Shown here: piece by piece, positions 7,877-11,157 of the stretch | Layout: each line of letters opens with the position of its first letter | Numbering within the stretch: the first letter of the stretch is position 1 | DNA from: Deltaproteobacteria bacterium | GTDB taxonomy: Bacteria > SAR324 > NAC60-12 | Direction of reading: 5' to 3' | DNA: 11,157 nt | Assembly (NCBI GenBank): GCA_038150265.1 | Contig: JAYOTF010000062.1 | Span: 1 to 11,157, forward strand | Translations under genes and position numbers: made by a program | The notes under the pieces: model-generated | Databases searched by the model: none | The model's input: only the letters and a program-made list of their open reading frames with translations | What the model was told of the DNA's origin: nothing

Positions 7877-8251
7877 TTACTTGGGAGCCCGAAAGTGGGT
7901 GAGTAGGGCCAGGCTCAGCAGCACCGTCAGGCCGATGTGCAACTCCCTGGGCAGGTCAAAGGAGTCGGCTCCCCACAGCAAGAGGATCAGACCCGTCAGG
8001 ATCAGGCCCAGTCCGGAAGCCAACTGCAGGATGCCGGAGAGGGTGAGCCACGACCCTTCACGCAGGCGAGAAGCGTGTCCACGGATGTGGTCCCACGAGT
8101 ACATGGGGAAGATGACGATGAAGAAGAACCCCAACCAGATGTGCCCCAGAGCCACGGCAGTGAAGCGTTCCCACTCCCAAAAGTGAGCAGCGGTCAAGAA
8201 GAGTCCGGATCCTGTGAGCAACAGGCAACTCCAGATAACCAGTTTCCTCAT
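7877..8251 (-). CDS. Small 4-TM membrane protein with histidine pairs (cytochrome b / DUF4405-like)
   Basis: 124 aa with four hydrophobic segments and His at 23, 37, 55, 59, 105 and 119. Fills the gap between co-oriented genes, with GGA upstream of the ATG. Confidence 0.75.
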   Translation of the reverse strand: MRKLVIWSCLLLTGSGLFLTAAHFWEWERFTAVALGHIWLGFFFIVIFPMYSWDHIRGHASRLREGSWLTLSGILQLASGLGLILTGLILLLWGADSFDLPRELHIGLTVLLSLALLTHFRAPK

Positions 8252-8313
8252 GTGTCCGGCACCGCTCGCGAAGGCTCTTGGGCAAAAAGCTCAATTGTAG
8301 GGCATGCGGGAGG

Positions 8314-8934
8314 CTAGAGCAAACCCAATTGCACCAGGTCCTGGCGAAGCTGGTCCGCGTTCTGGAAGCGGATGCCGGTCATGCCGGCTGCCTGAGCGAC
8401 CGCCGTGTTGTCTTCTCGGTCGTCAATGAAGACGCAGCGCTCAGCCGGGAGCTGAAATTTTTCCAGCAAGCGCTGAAAGATGGCAGGGTCTGGCTTCTTC
8501 AGGCCTTCTTCTCCGGAAACCAGCAGGCCGTCAAACCACTGGAGGAACTCAAAGCGCTGGTGAGCGACCGAGAAGGTTTCGGCCGACCAGTTGCTGAGGA
8601 CGTACAGGGGCGTCTTCCGGTGCTTCAGCTCTTCCAGAATGACAACGGTTTCTTCAAGAGCGCCGCCGATCATTTCTTCCCAGCGGTCAAAGAAGGCGCG
8701 GATCCAGTCTGCATGCTGGGGAAATTCGGCCACCTTGTCCGCAATGCCCTGGGCAAAGGGGTAACCGGCGTCCATCTGCTCGTTCCATTCGCCGGTACAG
8801 ACGTCTTGAAGGAACCATTCCATCTCCGCTTCGGAGGCAATCAGCTTGCGGTAAAGGTGCCGGGGGTTCCAGTCAATCAAAACACCTCCGAGGTCAAAGA
8901 CAACGGTGTCGGGCATTGGCTTGGGGTCAGGCAT
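8314..8934 (-). CDS. HAD-superfamily phosphatase (subfamily IA, YihX-like)
   Basis: Motif I VVFDLGGVL, motif II LSN, motif III KPDPAIF, motif IV FIDDREDN. Alternative ATG at 8916. Confidence 0.92.
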   Translation of the reverse strand: MPDPKPMPDTVVFDLGGVLIDWNPRHLYRKLIASEAEMEWFLQDVCTGEWNEQMDAGYPFAQGIADKVAEFPQHADWIRAFFDRWEEMIGGALEETVVILEELKHRKTPLYVLSNWSAETFSVAHQRFEFLQWFDGLLVSGEEGLKKPDPAIFQRLLEKFQLPAERCVFIDDREDNTAVAQAAGMTGIRFQNADQLRQDLVQLGLL

Positions 8935-8967
8935 AGGGAACAGCGGGATTAGGGTTGGGGAAGCGGG

Positions 8968-10662
8968 CTATTCGTCCCGGAAACGAGCCGCCGCGCTTGG
9001 TGAGGACAGCACAGACTTTGCGTGATTCAGCGCATCATCAATCGTTTCGAAGAAATTTTGTGCCCCCAGTAGTCTGAGGAGTCCAGCCTTTTCCAAAATT
9101 TCTTTTGTTTGCTCCTGGGTCCCGGAGCACAGGAGGGTGGTTCCGGAACGTAGGGTTTGGGTGAAGAACTCCTCCAGAGCCATCAAGCCGGTGGCGTCAA
9201 TCGTCAGCACCTTCCGGAGGCGAAGGATGAGGACATCGGGCCGTCGCTCAACACGACTGATGGCATTCTTGAACTTGTCAGCCGCGCCGAAGAAGAAGGG
9301 CCCTTCGATTTCAAAGACCTCCACCCCGTCCGGAATGTCCCGGGTCCGGATGGCGTTGGGGTCGGTTTCGTCTTCATCCTCGCTGAGCATCTGCGTCACA
9401 AATCCGATCTGCGTCACCTGCGCCATCCGTTGCATGAAGAGGAGGGCGGCGAGCACGATGCCGACCTGAATGGCCACGGTGAGGTCGAGCAGAACGGTGA
9501 GGCCGAAGGTGATGACGAGGACCAGAACATCGCTCCTGGGGCCCCGGAAGAGCTTCACAAACAGGCGCCACTCGCTCATGTTGTACGACACCACCATGAG
9601 GATTCCGGCCAGCGTGGCCATGGGAATGAGGGCGGCCCACTGTCCGAGAAACAGCATGATCAGCAGCAGCACCAGGGCGTGAACCATTCCGGAAATGGGG
9701 GTGTGGCCTCCGTTCTTGATGTTGGTGGCGGTTCGAGCAATCGCGCCAGTGGCCGGAATGCCACCGAAAATGGGAGAGAGCAGGTTGGCCACGCCCTGAG
9801 CGACGAGTTCCATGTTCGAACGGTGGCGGCGTCCTGTCATGCCATCTGCCACAACGGCGGAAAGGAGTGACTCAATGCCTGCGAGCAAGGCGATGCTGAG
9901 CGCTGGCAGAAACAGCTCGGTGATCAGGGGCCAGCTGAAGGACGGAAGGTGTGGTTGAGGCAGTCCCTGAGGCACAGACCCATAGCGGCTGCCGATGGTG
10001 TCCACCGGAAGGTCGAGTGTGTGGACCAGCAGCGTGGTCACAACGAGGGCAATCAGCGATCCGGGAAGCCGGTGCGTCACCCGTGGCCAGAGCAGAATGA
10101 TGCCGACCGCCAGCAGTCCGAGCCCCAGCGCATAAAGGTTGACCGAGGCTGCATGCTCCTGGTAGGCGATCAGCTTCTCAATAAAGTCACTGGGGACGTT
10201 TTCCAGGGAGAGGCCCAGGAAGTCGCGCACCTGTCCGGCGGCAATGATCAGGGCAATTCCGGAGGTGAAGCCAACGGTGACGGGGTAGGGAATGAATTTG
10301 ATGATGGAGCCCAGTCGGCTGAACCCCATGAGCAGCAGCAGGCCTCCTGCCATGAAGGTCGCGGTGGCGAGTCCTTCGTATCCGTACTTTTGGACGATGC
10401 CGTAGACAATGACGATGAAGGCGCCGGTGGGGCCACCGATCTGGACGCGACTGCCGCTGAGGAGGGAGATGAAGAAGCCGGCAATGACCGCTGTGTAAAG
10501 GCCCTGCTCCGGTTTGACCCCAGAGGCAATGGCAAAGGCGATGGCCAGGGGCAGGGCAACGATGCCGACCAGAACGCCGGCGGTGAGGTCCTTCAGGAAG
10601 ATCTCGCGAGTGTACCCCTCACGGAAGACGGTGAGGAGCTTGGGCTCCAGTTTCGATTGCAT
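8968..10662 (-). CDS. sulP: SulP/SLC26 family anion transporter with C-terminal STAS domain
   Basis: DLTAGVLVGIVALPLAIAFAIASGV, QIGGPTGAF, ESLLSAVVADGM, PATGAIARTATNI, and STAS motifs GPFFFGAA and IDATGL. Substrate (sulfate, bicarbonate or dicarboxylate) cannot be assigned from sequence. Confidence 0.95.
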   Translation of the reverse strand: MQSKLEPKLLTVFREGYTREIFLKDLTAGVLVGIVALPLAIAFAIASGVKPEQGLYTAVIAGFFISLLSGSRVQIGGPTGAFIVIVYGIVQKYGYEGLATATFMAGGLLLLMGFSRLGSIIKFIPYPVTVGFTSGIALIIAAGQVRDFLGLSLENVPSDFIEKLIAYQEHAASVNLYALGLGLLAVGIILLWPRVTHRLPGSLIALVVTTLLVHTLDLPVDTIGSRYGSVPQGLPQPHLPSFSWPLITELFLPALSIALLAGIESLLSAVVADGMTGRRHRSNMELVAQGVANLLSPIFGGIPATGAIARTATNIKNGGHTPISGMVHALVLLLIMLFLGQWAALIPMATLAGILMVVSYNMSEWRLFVKLFRGPRSDVLVLVITFGLTVLLDLTVAIQVGIVLAALLFMQRMAQVTQIGFVTQMLSEDEDETDPNAIRTRDIPDGVEVFEIEGPFFFGAADKFKNAISRVERRPDVLILRLRKVLTIDATGLMALEEFFTQTLRSGTTLLCSGTQEQTKEILEKAGLLRLLGAQNFFETIDDALNHAKSVLSSPSAAARFRDE

Positions 10663-10886
10663 GAAGATCTGTTGTTGAGCGCGTGGCTCATCGGTCTGAC
10701 GATTCGGAGCGAGGCGGGTGACCCGAATCAGAGTAAGCAGAAAAAGACTCCAAGCTTAGAGAATCTTGGGCAACAAGTCGAGTCAGAGTCCGGAATCCTG
10801 GAGGGCGTGCGGCCTCGTGAAGCAGCTTCGGGCCCGGAGGTGTCGTGGACGTGAATCAGAAAAAACAGGAGGACTTCAATTTCTCA

Positions 10887-10915
10887 TTGATTTTTTGAGA
10901 GGGGCCCCTTAATTT
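10887..10915 (+). promoter_or_regulatory. Putative sigma70-type promoter for the tRNA pair
   Basis: TTGATT (10887-10892), 17-bp spacer, TAATTT (10910-10915), ending 13 nt upstream of tRNA-Leu in a locally AT-rich stretch. Confidence 0.55.
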
Positions 10916-10928
10916 AGTGGTTTGGCTT

Positions 10929-11015
10929 GCCGTCGTGGCGGAATTGGTAGACGCGCTAGGTTCAGGTCCTAGTGTTCGCAAGGACGTGGGTGTTCGAGTC
11001 ACCCCGACGGCACCA
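10929..11015 (+). tRNA. tRNA-Leu (anticodon CAG), 87 nt, encoded CCA
   Basis: Acceptor stem GCCGTCG/CGACGGC, anticodon arm CTAGG-TTCAGGT-CCTAG, long variable arm, T arm GGGTG-TTCGAGT-CACCC, 3' ACCA. Confidence 0.97.
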
Positions 11016-11072
11016 GGCTTCTTCTTTTCTGAAGAGCTTCCCCCTCCCGCTTGCAAAAGCGATTGCTTTTGT

Positions 11073-11148
<76 letters not shown>

Positions 11149-11157
11149 GCAAATCCC

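Noticed and set aside
8905..8934. MPDPKP-MPDT mini-duplication at the HAD N-terminus
   Set aside because: Too short to distinguish from chance; it only makes the start codon ambiguous.
6301..10854. Plus-strand ORFs 6301..7104, 7318..7902, 8278..8952, 9157..9870 and 9949..10854
   Set aside because: Antisense shadows of cimA, the HAD gene and sulP, with no independent family signal.
10876..10909. Palindromes TCAAT-N5-ATTGA and AGGGGCCCCT around the tRNA promoter as regulator sites (e.g. FNR)
   Set aside because: Orientation and spacing do not match FNR (TTGAT-N4-ATCAA), and the palindromes are short enough to arise by chance.
10663..10928. Replication origin suggested by the methylation-site cluster
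   Set aside because: No DnaA boxes (TTATCCACA-like), no extended AT-rich unwinding element and no origin-linked genes.
10856..11056. 66-aa minus-strand ORF
   Set aside because: Antisense to tRNA-Leu and starts at a non-ATG codon.

Overview
Bacterial, moderately GC-rich core-genome window. The + strand carries the end of the alpha ribosomal operon (partial rpsM, rpsK, rpoA, rplQ; rpsD absent), then rimO, a YebC/PmpR-family gene and ruvC (not followed by ruvA/ruvB). A convergent - strand block reads sulP-type anion transporter, HAD phosphatase, a small His-bearing 4-TM membrane protein, a Leptospira-type citramalate synthase (cimA), and a two-domain protein fusing a NadD-like nucleotidyltransferase to a PncC/CinA-C-like NMN deamidase. 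A divergent intergenic region with a dense GANTC cluster precedes tRNA-Leu(CAG) and tRNA-Phe(GAA). No mobile element or CRISPR array is visible. The most unusual item is the NadD-PncC fusion, with altered signature motifs in both domains. All family calls rest on motif recognition from memory, not database searches.
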